Shown: one piece after another, positions 1 to 13,535 of the stretch
Layout: each line of letters begins with the position of its first letter
How positions within the stretch are numbered: position 1 is the first letter of the stretch
NCBI RefSeq assembly: GCF_001194135.2
Contig: NC_068982.1
Location: 48,940,609-49,004,462, forward strand
Direction of reading: 5' to 3'
Length of the DNA stretch: 63,854 bases
From: Octopus bimaculoides
Lineage: Eukaryota
Made by a program: the position numbers and the translations under genes
The notes under the pieces: generated by a model
What the model saw: only the letters and a program-made list of their open reading frames with translations
Told to the model about the DNA's origin: nothing
The model's database searches: none

Positions 1-172
1 ATATATATATATATACGACGGGCAGTATCCGTCGACCAAATCCACTCACAAGACTTTGGTTGGCCCAAGGCTATAGTAGAAGACACTTGCTGAAGGTGCC
101 CCGCAGTGGGATTGAACCCAGAACCATGTGGTTGGTGATCAAGCTACTTACCACACAGCCACTCCTGCACCT
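1..172 (-). mobile_element. SINE family A (tRNA-derived head), 5' half
   Basis: Reverse complement reads gagtggctgtgtggtaag...ggttcaatccc (A/B-box-like), then caccttcagcaagtgtcttctactatagcc; same family as 13837-14236. Confidence 0.8.
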
Positions 173-1311
173 ATAGAAACAAAATGGGTTAATCTTGAGA
201 CAGATTAAGGAACTCTAAATGGGAATCAACACACATTGGTGAGTATGGTGACAAGCTATTCCAACATTATAAAAAAAAAAATGGTCTCTTCCTTTGTATA
301 TACTGGATATTTCTCATTTTATGTATTGTGAATATTTTTTTTAATGACTATGTTCTTCAAGAGATAATTACTGTTTTTAATGTGACATGTTCAGTTGATT
401 TGAACTTAATATCAAACTAATATTTCCCTTTCTAAATTAAATTAGCTGAATATTGTTAATAAAAGTCCAGTCATCCTGGATTAATCCTTTTGAATTTAAT
501 TTCACAAGATTACTTTAAACATTTGTAGAGAGTGACACACACACACACGCACGCACGCATGCACGCACGCACGCATGCATGCACGCACGCACGCACACAA
601 AATAAATAAATAAATAAATAAAATAGAGCAAATAATAATAATAATAATAGTAATAATAATAATAATAGTCACCATCATCATAAGGTAAAAATAAGTAAAC
701 TAAGGAGAATGTAAAAAATTTAATTCACACATGAGATGAAAGGTAGTTGTTAATTGTCTTGTTAGAATTTTCTTCTATGATATATGCCTGAATAGAAATC
801 TTCAAAGCAGTGTATTTTGTTAAAATACTTCAATTTGATATTTTTTTTAAAATTAATGAAAGAAACAGAACAATGCATAGGAATTATTCTAGAAATGTAT
901 TTGTTTTCATGGAGCCAGATCCAGGGATTTTGAATTTAAATTTTGTTTTATTTTATTATGCTTATTATATTTTATTTTGATCACTTCGTCTTCCAATATA
1001 TCTCTGATAACTACTGCTTATATTTTACCACAAATCTGTTTATCTTTCGTTTAAATTAACATGTTCATATATATGAACTATTTCTCATTGTATGTTTTTT
1101 TATTAACATTTGAACATGGTGCATGTAACTTCATTGCTTGATTAATGATCTATCTTCTTTTTTAATTACACTGGTTTGCATTTTGGAGATAAGGAAAACC
1201 CCACATGATTCATTATAGATAGTAATCTTTTACATTATTTTCATTTGATGTAATCGTGTGTGTGTGTGTGTGTGTGTGTATGTTAGACATTTTTATTATT
1301 ACTGAGTAGCA

Positions 1312-1530
1312 AACGGCAGCAAGCTGGCAGAATCGTTAGCATGCTGGGCATAATGCTTATTGGCATTTCATCCATCTGTATGTTCTGAGTTCAAATTCTG
1401 CCATGGTCAATTTTGCCTGTCGTCCTTTCAGGGTTGATAAAATAAGTACCAGCTGAGCACAGGGGTCAATGTAACTGGCTTATCCACTCCTCATGAATTT
1501 CAGGCCTTGCACCTACAGTAGAAAGGATAA
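1312..1530 (+). mobile_element. SINE family B
   Basis: ggcagcaagctggcagaatcgttagc...gagttcaaattc...ctttcagggttgataaaataagtaccag...caggccttg; more than 10 similar copies in the window. Confidence 0.8.
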
Positions 1531-1542
1531 TCACTGAACTGT

Positions 1543-1812
1543 AAGAAGTTAGCTTCCCAACCACATGCTTGTGAGTTCACTCCCACTCGGTGGTGCCTTG
1601 GCCAGGTATCTTTTACTATAATCCCAGACTGCCCAAAGCCTTGTGAGTGGATTTGGTTGGCAAAAATTGAAAGAAGCTTGTCATGTGTGTGCATGTGTGC
1701 ATATGTGTATGCATGTGCATATATGTGTGAGTATGTGTATGCTTGTGTATGTTTGTGTCTCCCTGTCCTGGCATCACATGATAGTTGCAAAATGATTGTC
1801 ATTGTCATACAA
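1543..1812 (+). mobile_element. SINE with family A head and alternative tail, partial
   Basis: A-type head (ccacatg...ccaaagccttgtgagtggatttgg...gaaagaagc), CA/TG microsatellite, then tail shared with 8195-8650 and 62400-62640. Confidence 0.65.
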
Positions 1813-1827
1813 TGTTTCTAATATTCT

Positions 1828-2030
1828 GCAAAATGCTTAGCAGTATTTCGTCAATGCTTATGTTCTGAGTTCAAATTTCACCAATGTCAACTTTGCCTTT
1901 CATCTCTTTCAGGGTCAATAAAATAAGTACCAGTTGAGCACTGGAAATCAATCAATGTAAGTGAGTTACCCCTTCCCTCAAAATTGCTGACCATGTGCCA
2001 AAATTTCAAACCAGTTATTCTGCAACAACA
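1828..2030 (+). mobile_element. SINE family B
   Basis: aaatgcttagcagtatttcgtc...gagttcaaatttc...aaataagtaccagttgagcactgg. Confidence 0.75.
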
Positions 2031-2869
2031 TGATTGACCATGGGGAAACATCACCTTGCATAGAAATAGATGAGGGCTGCTGACAAGGATCTCCGGTTGT
2101 TGGACATTTGCCTCAATAAACTCCTTCAAGCCCATATAAGTATTGGGAAACTGGACATTAAAATAATGGTGAAGGATTTTTTTCAGTTTTTACAGTTGCC
2201 TTAATCATGGAATTCTTATTTCAAGCTCCAAATATAATAAAAATTTACTAATGGTCTTAATATTTCTCTTGTTTTTCACGTGTCTTAGTATTTCTCTTGT
2301 ATTTGCATAATATCATTACTTTGGACTTCACTGTAGTAACCTTAGCTTTGAGGAAAAGAATCAAAATGAGAAAATATAAGATATATTTTAGCAAACTTTC
2401 TCCATTGTTCAATTTAATAAAAGCTATCATAATTTCAACAAGCATTTTGTAATGCGTGGGCATTGACGTTTCCAAGAATCTTTTAAATTAGAGATTTATA
2501 TTCTGCCCAATCTTCTAATTTAAATTCAAACACAGTGTTTGCAGAAATGACATTTTTCATTGGTTCTTTAATTTGTGGCTCACTAAAAATATCAGATTTT
2601 AATTTTACATTATATATAGGTGGAGACTTATTACAAAGGCCTTTAAATACTCTAACTCTATTACTGTTATAGACATTTTAACATAACATTCAAAATTTAT
2701 GAGCTGTAGTAGTGGTTTGGAAACTTTTCTTGAGTTAAGCACACACACACTAATAAAATAATAGGATGTGAGTCTGATAATTTTTTATATAAATTGCATA
2801 TTATCTCATATATATCGTAAAAAAAATGCATGAACACATACAGTAACACACATAAAGCACACACATATA

Positions 2870-3060
2870 CGAGGGGCTGCTAAAAAGTTCCTGGCTTTGG
2901 GAAAAAGAAAATACAGGAGGATCCGTTAATTATGATTTTATTCAACATATTCCCCTCTCAGATTCACACACATACTACAGCAGTCCTTCAATTTTTCTAA
3001 GCCCTGTAAAAGACCTTGGAAGGTTGGGCCTCCAATCAGGCCTTTCACAATATCTAAAAA
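2870..3060 (+). mobile_element. Mariner-type MITE, one end missing
   Basis: Starts tacgaggggctgctaaaaagttcctggctt; homologous to complete copies at 16921-17138 and 29241-29458. Confidence 0.7.
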
Positions 3061-3421
3061 ACTCAGATCTTTTCAAGACTTTAGTTTTACAATTTATACA
3101 ACTTGATGCCAGCACAAACTAGTCTGCTCTGGTTCCATTTTTGCTGATGCTCTAACAAGGATTTGGAGAAGTTTGTTGTATTTGACTTGAGTTGACAATT
3201 CTCATACAGTGCAATGGTTCTAAACAAGACAAGAAAATTGGCATTTATTTATAAAAAAAATGAATTTCTGTTCAACAAAAATCTCGATGTGAGAAAAACC
3301 TCTGAGGGCATTTTTGAACACAGCACCATCAAATTAGGTGTGACTAATTGTAAAATGCAAGACAACTAAAAGTTTCTCTGAAATGTGTATATATAAATGT
3401 ATATGTGTGTGTGTATGTATG

Positions 3422-3459
<38 letters not shown>

Positions 3460-3535
3460 AGCACAAGCATATCTGCATACATACATATGCATATATATAT
3501 AGATATGTATGTGTGTATGTATGCATGCATGTATG

Positions 3536-3568
<33 letters not shown>

Positions 3569-3579
3569 CTATATATATA

Positions 3580-4187
3580 TAGGGTGTGGTGAATAAATTG
3601 TCGAAACTATGCAAAAATGAAAATAACACTGGCAAATCATTTTAACAGACATATTTACCAAAATTACATAAAAATATCTTAAAATACTAAAGAGTAAATT
3701 TACTTAATAAAATCGTCATTGGCTTCATCCACGGCCTCCAAATGACTTCAGAATCTCCTGCAACTCTTCTGGACGGTTTCCTTGTTTAAGTTGGTGAATG
3801 CTGCCATAATCCTTGCTTTCAGTTCATCTTTAGTGTTACAAGGAGTTTTGTTGGTCTCTTGCTCAACTGTGTCCCACACATAATAGTCATGTGGGTTGCA
3901 GCCTAGGGAGTTAGGTGGCCAGATGTTAGGGGTGATGTGGTCACAGAAATTGTCTGACAACCATCACTGGGTTCTCCTACTTGTGTGGCATGGGACAGAG
4001 ACCTGTTGCCACACATAGGGTCTTCCAGCAGCCACCCTCTTGATCCAAGGCAGCACTGCCTCCTCCAGGCACTTGATGTAGGTCTCTGTGTTGTGTGTGA
4101 GGCCGTGTGGGAAGATGAATCTAGGCCTAGCGTTGCTTGTGTGGAATTAAAAATATAAAATAGCGACAATTTACCCATCACACTCTG
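3580..4187 (-). mobile_element. Tc1/mariner maT (DD37D) internal-deletion derivative
   Basis: Imperfect TIRs (tagggtgtggtgaataaattgtcg vs reverse complement cagagtgtgatgggtaaattgtcg), TA-flanked. Minus strand encodes QQ(V)SVPCHTSRRTQ*W...WPPNSLGCNPHDYYVW, with 37 residues between the second catalytic position (D mutated to V) and the third D. Confidence 0.85.
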
Positions 4188-4198
4188 TATATGTACAT

Positions 4199-4284
<86 letters not shown>

Positions 4285-5207
4285 ATCATCATCATCATCA
4301 TTCAACATCTGTATGTATGCATATATATATATACACGTACACACGTACATACCTATCTCTCTCTCTCTCTCTATATATATATATACACACACACACATAG
4401 ATACATGTATGCATGCATGTATGTATGTATGTATGTATGTATAGGAAACCTTAACATAATTATAGAATGATCGGTAAATAGGATGCCTTAAATCAGCATG
4501 CTTGAAATTACTGAAATATATTCAATTATGTTCAATAGAAATAAAATTTGATGTAGACACATGTTTTTAAACTGTAAATTAAAATTGCTACCTATATTTC
4601 AGCTACACAGACCTACACAATCAATGTCATAGAGCTGTAAACAACAAGAACAAGAAAAAAAATGTTGTAATAAATTAAGCAATGTCTTTGATAACCAAAT
4701 AACTTTTCAAGTGAAGAAATTTTATGTAAATAATTACCTAATTTATTTTTGATTGTTGATGAATTATTTTATTTTTGTTTGATTCAATAATGACTAAAAC
4801 AGCTGCATAGAGATATTAATTAAAAGGATATCAAATTAACATATTTATCACATTTATCCCCTGCTTTATTGAATTCAGTGTTTCTCTGCAAGAAATGGTT
4901 CTACTTATGAGTAAATAGAGAAAATATTTCAACAGCTTTAACCGTTGAGTCTCAGAAAATATAACAAATATAAAAAAATATATAAGAATAAATGTGTGTC
5001 AGTAACAACAACTCTAAACATATGTTATCAAAGCACTAAAACGCTGTAACATCAGGCTAAGTTCTCATTAGAAAAATCATTTAAAAACTTCCAATAATCT
5101 TCAGCTACTGTGCTGGCTAAGAGTAATGACTTCAAATCCACTTCAAATCAGACTAATCTTTATATTTGACAAAACACTTAATTGTAAATTATGTTATTTC
5201 CCCAAGC

Positions 5208-5650
5208 TCAAAGGTGGCAAGCTGGAAAAATTGTTAGCACATCAGACAAGATTTGTAGCAGCAGTTTATCCATCTTAACATTTTGACCTCAAGTTCCACC
5301 AAGGTTAACTTTGTCTTTCATCCGTTTGGGGTCAATGATATAAATATCAGTTGACCACTGGACTCAATGTAATCAGATACTCCCTGCTCGCCACCCACCA
5401 AATTTCAGACTTTGCCTAGAGTAGGAATGATTATTTTATCAAGCTCAAAGGTGATGAGCTGGTAGAATTGTTCACACATTGGACAAACTGCTTAGCAGCA
5501 TTTCTGATAACTCTGTATGTTCTGGATTCAAATCCTGCCCAAATCAGCCTTTTCGAGTTGATGAAATAAAGTAGTACTCAAGTACTGCGGTCAATATAGT
5601 CAACTTGCCCCTCTCCTCAGTATTGCTGTCTTTGTGCCAGAATTAGAAAG
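5208..5650 (+). mobile_element. Two tandem degenerate SINE family B copies
   Basis: aagctcaaaggtggcaagctgg... at about 5208 and aagctcaaaggtgatgagctgg... at about 5440, each with family B body motifs. Confidence 0.65.
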
Positions 5651-6594
5651 AACTATTTTATCAAACTCTGCCAAATAGATTCTGTGTTGATTCTGAAATG
5701 TAACCTGTGATTAATTTGAGTTCTATCCAGAGATTTGTTTTTCAGTCACCCACCTCCAAGGTATTTCGGATTGGTGCCACCACTATAAATCCATGGGATT
5801 CATAAAAAGCATTAATTAACTAAATCAGTGTAGTTATTAACTTCTGGTTACAAAAACAAAGGAAGAAAAAAACCCATGTGCTTAAATCATTGGAGGCAAT
5901 AACATTTACAAGAAAATAGAGTGAAGCAAGAAATGCGGTAATCAAATATAATTACTTGAATCTGATAAGAAGACAATAAGCAAAAATGTGTATTTATTCA
6001 GCAAAAAAGAAAAGCTAAATATAACAAAAGCCAAACATGGTGAAAGCAAAATATTTTGTGTTATTTTTATTAACATAACTCAATTTTGAAATTTTACTGG
6101 AGCAATAAGTCATATTTAAGAGTACAACATAGTGTCTAAAATTAAACATTTAGCTACCACATCCAAAATGTTCTGAAATGATAATAGAGTATGAGAAAAG
6201 CAGTGATAAGATGATAAAATATGTGAGATATGAGGTGATAAAGATTGAACTAAAGGGTATGAGTTTTGCAGTATTTAAGCTTTTGGGATTTGTGGAATAA
6301 CATAAACTAAGATAAGTAAAATATTAGGTTTATATATTTTATAGAACAAAATTATCAGGAAATTCTGAAAATTATTGAATAAGAACTACATTGAGTAATG
6401 CTTTAATTTGACTGCACTTTTGTGCATCTGAAATATCTATCTCTCTCTCTCACTGAACCACTTCCAGCTGACTTGCCTCTACCAACATATATTTCTTACT
6501 CTCACCACACCTTAAACCTTTCTCTTCTCAGATACTCATGTTGTATATCACCTGCACACCATCTCCTTGTCCTTCATCATTCTCCTATCTACTA

Positions 6595-6790
6595 TGCCTG
6601 GAAAAATGCTTAGCAGCATTTATTCTGGCCTTATATTCTGAGTTCAAATGCCAGTGAGTTTGACTTTGCCTTTCATCCTATCAGCATTCTTAAAATAAAA
6701 TACCAGTTGAGTACTGGAGTTGATGTAATTGGCTAACTCATTCTCCAAGATTTCAGACCTTGTGTTTATTGTAGAAGGGATGTTTGGTAT
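6595..6790 (+). mobile_element. SINE family B inside a pyrimidine-rich tract
   Basis: aaatgcttagcagcatt...gagttcaaatg...tttgcctttcatcc...taccagttgagtactgg. Confidence 0.7.
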
Positions 6791-7204
6791 TATTATTACT
6801 CTGCTGCTGCTCATTACTTTCTGTACTGCCAGCCATTACCTACTCTCCCTTACCTCCTTCCAACTCATACTTATCATCAACCCTTCCACTCTTTCTCAGT
6901 ATTCATTATATTCTCCTCTACCTCTACTTATTCTCTAAGCATCCCTCACTCTCCCTATACCCACCCTTCCCATTCTTTTGTTTCCTCTCACTTCTATTCA
7001 CCTTCTTAAGTCTTGAAGGCTCACTCTGACACTCTGTTACCTCCATTCTTATTTCTTTTCTGCTCCACCCTGATTATTCCCACCATTATTATATAATGCA
7101 AACAACAAGAAAGCTGTTCCAGCTTCTATCATACTTTGAACTCACTTCACCTAACTTAGAGCTACTTTTCTCTCTACTGTAGTTCCTATTCAGTTAAAGG
7201 GGAT

Positions 7205-7410
7205 CTTAGTTTTGTGAGTGACAGGCAACTCACTAGAAAAACGCATTCTGTACACTCTATAAAGTGGTTAGCATTAGACAGAGCATCAAGCCATACTAAA
7301 TCAAACACTGGAGCATGATAGTTCTCTGATCTGTTGGATTCTTTCGAATCATCTTACCATACCAGCTTGGAAGACAAACATTAAAAGATAATGATGATGA
7401 TGATGATGAT
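7205..7410 (+). mobile_element. Repeat family C, 3' part with (GAT)n tail
   Basis: Ends ccataccagcttggaagacaaacattaaaagataatgatgatgat, the reverse complement of the C copies listed below. Confidence 0.55.
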
Positions 7411-8194
7411 TTGAGCAAACTTCTGAAAAATTATGGAAGCATAAATTCATTAAAGAAAGAAGCTGACTAAATTCATTATAAACAAAGAATATTACACAAA
7501 GTTACTAAAGCAAAACAAAATATAAAAATATGAAATTGTATTTGAAAGAAACAGAACAATCTGAAAACCTGTAATCTAGAGATCTGTAATCGTAAATTAT
7601 AATTTTAATGCTTAGAACTTGTAATATAAAGTATGGCAGACTTTTTCTGATTTAAATTTCATATAACTTCTGTATTAAACAGTTGATGTTCTTTTGTATT
7701 TTATTTTGTCTTGAGAATTGTATCCTCCTATTGCTTCATATATCAAGTGATTTTTATCCCATGGTTTTAACATTTAACATCTAATGTATCAAAAGTCAGT
7801 ATGTAAATATATAATTCTGAATGGTATAAAAACAAGTTAGAAAAACTTAATGCTTTACTACATATAAATAACATATCTTTATTTTCATAAAATACATGAA
7901 TCCAAACTAAATCATATGCACCACATGTAGCAGTGTTTATGCATACTCACACAAAGGGAAAAAAAACACATGGAGATAAATGTCTTCATGTTGCATGAAT
8001 TTTAGTATGTCTATTTGGTTCATATATTTTATTCTGGTCTGCTTCCAAAAGAATGTATATTTATTGTGGTTATTTAAGAATATCTGGCATTAATTTTGCA
8101 GGATTACTGTCCATTGATTAGTGTTTATTGTTGCTTTCATATAATCTCACTCTCTCAAAGAGTAGAATAACTGAAGTCACAAAGAGCTGTAATT

Positions 8195-8376
8195 TTGGGT
8201 TCCATCCTAATGTATGGCAATATGGATGTGTCCTTTACAGTGTACCCATGCCGACCAAAGCCTTGCAAGTAGATGTGGTAAAGAGAAACTGAAAGAAGCC
8301 TATCACATATATATATGTATGTATATATGCATACATAGACCAACATATCTATACATATATGTTTGTTTATGCATAT

Positions 8377-8411
<35 letters not shown>

Positions 8412-8650
8412 TACCTTCATGTCTTGACATCATGCAACAGTTATAGATAAATGTCACTGTCATACAAGCAGTGTCTTTCAATTCCAATCTCCTGTGCAAG
8501 TATGTATGGCTATGGGAAAGTATTACTACTCCTCGAAACAAATGTGGTGTTGTGACAGGAGGAGCATCTGGTCACAGAAAATTTGCCTTCACAAGTTTTA
8601 TCTGACTCATGCATGCATGGGAAAGTAAGTGGATATTACATGAGTATGAT
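8195..8650 (+). mobile_element. SINE with family A head and alternative tail
   Basis: ccgaccaaagccttgcaagtag...gaaactgaaagaagcc, microsatellite, then tail ending ...aagtggatattacatgagtatgat. Confidence 0.6.
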
Positions 8651-8859
8651 CATGCACACACACACACACACACACACTCACACACATGTATATGTATGTA
8701 TGTATTACCTTACTTGGAGACAGATGAGAATTGGTGACAGGAAGAGCATATGCCCATAGAAAATCTGCCTCAACAAACTGTCCAACCGGTGCAAGCATGG
8801 AAATGGAGACATTAAACTGATGATAATATGTGTGTGTGTGTGTGATAGATCGCTAGCTA

Positions 8860-9030
8860 CTACACATTCTGTTTTTCTCTCCTTGTTTCTTTCTGTGTTT
8901 CTTTTTGTGGAAGAGCGTAGGCTCAAAACGTGAAAGACTTTTTCACTTCCCAAGCATTATACTAACACATCTGTTTGTTGTCTACACCACTTGTCTTTGT
9001 CTTTTGTTTTTTTTGTGAATTCTCCCTATA
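8860..9030 (+). mobile_element. Short Penelope-like terminal repeat with degenerate hammerhead motif
   Basis: Homologous to 22600-22765; contains gaagagcgtaggctcaaaacgtgaaagac and ends in (TA)n. Confidence 0.55.
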
Positions 9031-10014
9031 TATATATATATATATATATATATGCATGTATGTATATATATGTATTATACACACACACACATATATACAT
9101 ATAGCGTTAAACAATGATGATGATGATGATATATATACATATGCATGTGTATATATACATATGTGTGTATATATATGTGTGTGTGTATATATATGTGTGT
9201 GTATATATATATATATGTATATGTGTATGTATATATATATATTTATATCTATCTACACACACACACACACACCCACACACACACACACACATGACGTATT
9301 AACAAGAGAAGACTAAAATGTTTTTAATAATTCTATTGCCAGTGCCTTCGAAGCTGCACATTCTGAATTGTCAGAGTAATTTTGCTCAAATGAATATTTT
9401 CATATTTGCGTGCATGTGTATGCATATGTATGCATGTTTATACATACATACATATTTAACTTTCTAGACATCTCAACGCTTCTAAAGCAAACTTTGTTTA
9501 CTTTCATCGTAATTTAAATTTATACATACATATATACATACATGCATGCATGCATGCATACATTCATACATACATACATATATACATACATACATACATA
9601 CATACATACATACATACATACATACATACAAGCATATAGTTCAAATTTGCAGAATATAAAGACAAAGACAGATGAAGGAACAACAAGCTGGTGTATCAGT
9701 TTGACTCTTGGGAAGAATGGCTAAGTCTTTGATATTTTAAGCCTGTGCTCTTCAACAGAAAGTGCTGAGAGGGAAAAATGGAGAGAGAAATAAAAGAAAC
9801 AAAAAGTGACAAAAATGTATATGTATTAACGGTCCAACATGTTAGCAATTTTACTATTCAGGTGTCAGCTCTTATTGGTAATTACATTAAGCTCCCATGG
9901 TTGTGTGATCCCTCAGGATTCTATGTGGTCTGAGGAGGACTATAATTTCATGCTTGTCTGGGGAAGTGTTCAGTCTTAATTATGCATGCTGTGCATATGA
10001 GATGCGTCTATGGA

Positions 10015-10230
10015 TAGCATGTTTTAGTAATTTGACTGTGGCCATGCTGGGGCACCACGTTGAAGGGTTTTTTGTTGAACAAACCAACTCTAAGTCTCAT
10101 TGTTTTAAGCCTAGTACTTATTCTATAGGTCTCTGTTGCTGAACCACTAAGTCATGGTGATGTAAGCACACCAACACTGGTTGTCAAGCAGTGGTGGGGG
10201 ACAAACACAAATACAAATACATGTACATAG

Positions 10231-10277
<47 letters not shown>
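10015..10277 (-). mobile_element. SINE family A, 3' half running into a gap
   Basis: tttgactgtggccatgctggggcacc...aagcctagtacttattctataggtc...ggttgtcaagc. Confidence 0.7.
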
Positions 10278-10942
10278 NNNNNNNNNNNNNNNNNNNNNNN
10301 NNNNNNNNNNNNNNNNNNNNNNNNNNNNNNNNNNNNNNNNNNNNNNNNNNNNNNNNNNNNNNNNNNNNNNNNNNNNNNNNNNNNNNNNNNNNNNNNNNNN
10401 NNNNNNNNNNNNNNNNNNNNNNNNNNNNNNNNNNNNNNNNNNNNNNNNNNNNNNNNNNNNNNNNNNNNNNNNNNNNNNNNNNNNNNNNNNNNNNNNNNNN
10501 NNNNNNNNNNNNNNNNNNNNNNNNNNNNNNNNNNNNNNNNNNNNNNNNNNNNNNNNNNNNNNNNNNNNNNNNNNNNNNNNNNNNNNNNNNNNNNNNNNNN
10601 NNNNNNNNNNNNNNNNNNNNNNNNNNNNNNNNNNNNNNNNNNNNNNNNNNNNNNNNNNNNNNNNNNNNNNNNNNNNNNNNNNNNNNNNNNNNNNNNNNNN
10701 NNNNNNNNNNNNNNNNNNNNNNNNNNNNNNNNNNNNNNNNNNNNNNNNNNNNNNNNNNNNNNNNNNNNNNNNNNNNNNNNNNNNNNNNNNNNNNNNNNNN
10801 NNNNNNNNNNNNNNNNNNNNNNNNNNNNNNNNNNNNNNNNNNNNNNNNNNNNNNNNNNNNNNNNNNNNNNNNNNNNNNNNNNNNNNNNNNNNNNNNNNNN
10901 NNNNNNNNNNNNNNNNNNNNNNNNNNNNNNNNNNNNNNNNNN
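10278..10942. other. Assembly gap
   Basis: N run flanked by (TA)n. Other gaps at about 23148-24092, 32621-32630, 35747-35756, 40967-41329, 41725-41734, 43282-43291, 45507-45728 and 61784-61916. Confidence 0.99.
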
Positions 10943-11019
10943 TATATATATATACATATATATATATATATACACACACACATGATACATATATATAAAA
11001 TATAGAGAGAGAGACACAT

Positions 11020-11064
<45 letters not shown>

Positions 11065-11689
11065 TACACACACATATGAAATATATATATATATGTATAT
11101 CTCAAGAGCTATTTCGGTAACTATTTAAATTTCAAATTTCATTCAGTCACATCATCGTCAATTCTAATACTAAATGTTCTTTCAACATCAGAATGTTCAA
11201 TTGTAAAATTTTCCCTAAGGGCAATATTCTAAGTGCCTTTGTTTTTCGCGTATATTTAGGAAATTTTAAAATGGTTGTTCACAAATATAACAAAGGAGGT
11301 TGGTTATATATAATTTATTTTTATATCAGTATTAACCAACAAATATTAAAACAAACAAAAAAAAAAATTCTCAATTAAGCTTACTGATAAAATAATGTAA
11401 ATTTCTCAGTATAATTTGTCTGCTAACATAAAGCCCATAATGTTATACACAAATGTGTTTTTGTTGTAAATCAAAAAGATCACATCCTAAATTCTCTTTT
11501 TTTTTTTTTCTGTTTTGATACAGCATTAGAATTTATCTTTGAATTGTGAAAATAAAACCTCTTGGAAGAAAATTTAACAACAGTTCATAAATTGTAGAAA
11601 ATGAAACGTTAAGAGAGTAACAGAAATACTGTTAATTCAAGTATCACGTTGTGTAAAGCTTAGAAAGGCAAAATTTGTCTATAGGGATG

Positions 11690-12075
11690 TTAGATTCAAA
11701 TTTTGGCACAAGGCCAGAAATTTTGGGAGATGGGTTAAGTTGATTACATCAAACCCAATGCTCAACTGACATTTATTTACCAACCCTCAAAGGATGAAAA
11801 GCAAAGTTAACCCCCAACAGAATTTGAACTCAGAACGTAAGGACAGATGAAATGCCAGTAACAATTTTGTCTGGTATGCTAACAACTCTGCAAGTTCACC
11901 ACCTTTGTCTGTCTGTAGGAATATTGATTTCTTACATAATGACAAGGTCCCAAATTTTGGGGAGAAGATGACTTGTTAATATCCACTCAATATTTGACAA
12001 ATGCCTTATTTTATCAAATCTCATCAAGAGGATGAAAGGCAAATTGGACCTTGCAACAATTTGAACTCAGAATGG
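11690..12075 (-). mobile_element. Two SINE family B copies
   Basis: ggcacaaggccagaaatttt...ggatgaaaagcaaagtt...gaatttgaactcagaacg, occurring twice. Confidence 0.7.
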
Positions 12076-12214
12076 AAAGTACTACTATAGGACATTTTGA
12101 GCAATGTGGGTTGCACTCTAGGGCCTATTGCATAAGCCTGCATTAGGGGCAGACTGGGGTGACAAGCTCAAGGGCTGTCCTGGGTAGTACACATACTAGC
12201 TATTTTCATCTGTT

Positions 12215-12428
12215 ATCTTTTACTTGTTTCAGTCATTAGACTGCAGCCATGCAACCATCTCAAAGAATTTTAGTCAAATGACTCAACCTCAGTACATTTT
12301 TTAAAGCCTGATAGTTATTCTGTTTTTCTCTTTTTGCCAAACTGCTAAGTTACAGGGACATAAACACACCAACAGTGGTTGTCAAGTGGTGGTGGAAGAC
12401 AAACACAGATACACACACACACACACAG

Positions 12429-12464
<36 letters not shown>

Positions 12465-12620
12465 CAAACTTCTTTCAGTTTCTCTCAACCAACTCCACAC
12501 ATAAGGCTTTGGTTGGCTTAAGGCTGTAATAGAATACCCTTACCCAAGGTGCCATGCAGTGGACCTGAACCCAAAGACAAGTGATTGGGAGGCAAACATC
12601 TTGCCACACAGCCATGCTTG
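12215..12620 (-). mobile_element. SINE family A, near full length
   Basis: tttacttgtttcagtcattagactgcagccatg...(CA)n...ccaaggtgccatgcagtgg...ccacacagcca. Confidence 0.8.
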
Positions 12621-12807
12621 CTCTTATTATGCCACTGAGTTTGACAATCCACCACCTTCTGGTGGTAGAAATTAACATGTATTAACATGCATTTGAGTAA
12701 GAGAATGCATGTAATAGTTTGAGAATTTGAAATGTTGTACACTCCTGTTGATTTCATTTCCAGCTTTGGTCAATTTCAGCAAAACAGCTGTTATTATTTA
12801 GTGAAAC

Positions 12808-13040
12808 GGGCAGCAAACTGGCTGAATTTTGAACACACCAGACAAAATGCTTAGCAGTATTTTGTTCATCTTTACATTTAGAGTTCAAATTCCAAGGTTG
12901 ACTTTGCCTTTCATCTTTTTGAACTTTGGGGTTGATGTTAAGAGAGATCGACCGGAATGTTAAGACAGAATGTTAAGACAGACTAAATACCGTTAAGCAT
13001 TTTGCCCAGTGTGCTAATGTTTCTACCAGCTTGCAGCCAT
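12808..13040. mobile_element. Inverted pair of SINE family B heads
   Basis: Plus copy at about 12808-12930 and minus copy at about 12945-13040. Confidence 0.65.
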
Positions 13041-13318
13041 AGTCCAAGAGTGATACTGACAGGCCCTATCTAACAAAGCACAAAAGTTGGTAAGGGCTAA
13101 TTAGTGGTGAAAGTTGTATCTGTTCAGAAGGGAAATATCAAGAGTGCCATAAAAAGTTATAGGGAAAAATCACATAACCATGCTTGCATCCACCCATCCA
13201 AAATGTTTAGAGGGTGCACTTGAACCCTCTGCACCCATTTTTCTTGAGTCTGAGAGTTTATATCTTACAAAACTAAGATCATGTGTATCAAGAAGTTCAC
13301 TAAATTCTCTTTGCTTCC

Positions 13319-13535
13319 TTAACCATTAAGCATTTAAACCAGTCATATCTGGCCAAAATATCCTGTGTTATGTTCAAACTGACAAAATCTGGCTATTCAC
13401 ACTTATTCTATAATGTCATTCTAAAAATAAACTACCACAGCATCAAAATCTTGAAGCTGTAAGATATTTCATGACTAATTCAAAACAATTTGAATAAATA
13501 AGCATTACATTTAACAGAATAATCTTCATGGTTAA
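13319..13535 (+). mobile_element. piggyBac-like (TTAA) MITE
   Basis: ttaaccattaagcatttaaaccag...ttacatttaacagaataatc...ggttaa; same family as 16580-17178, about 50050-50210 (minus) and 63146-63300. Confidence 0.7.

Noticed and set aside
10147-11105. Long ORFs (250-360 aa) here and at 23108, 40863, 45460 and 61666
   Set aside because: They are open only because they cross N gaps and dinucleotide repeats.
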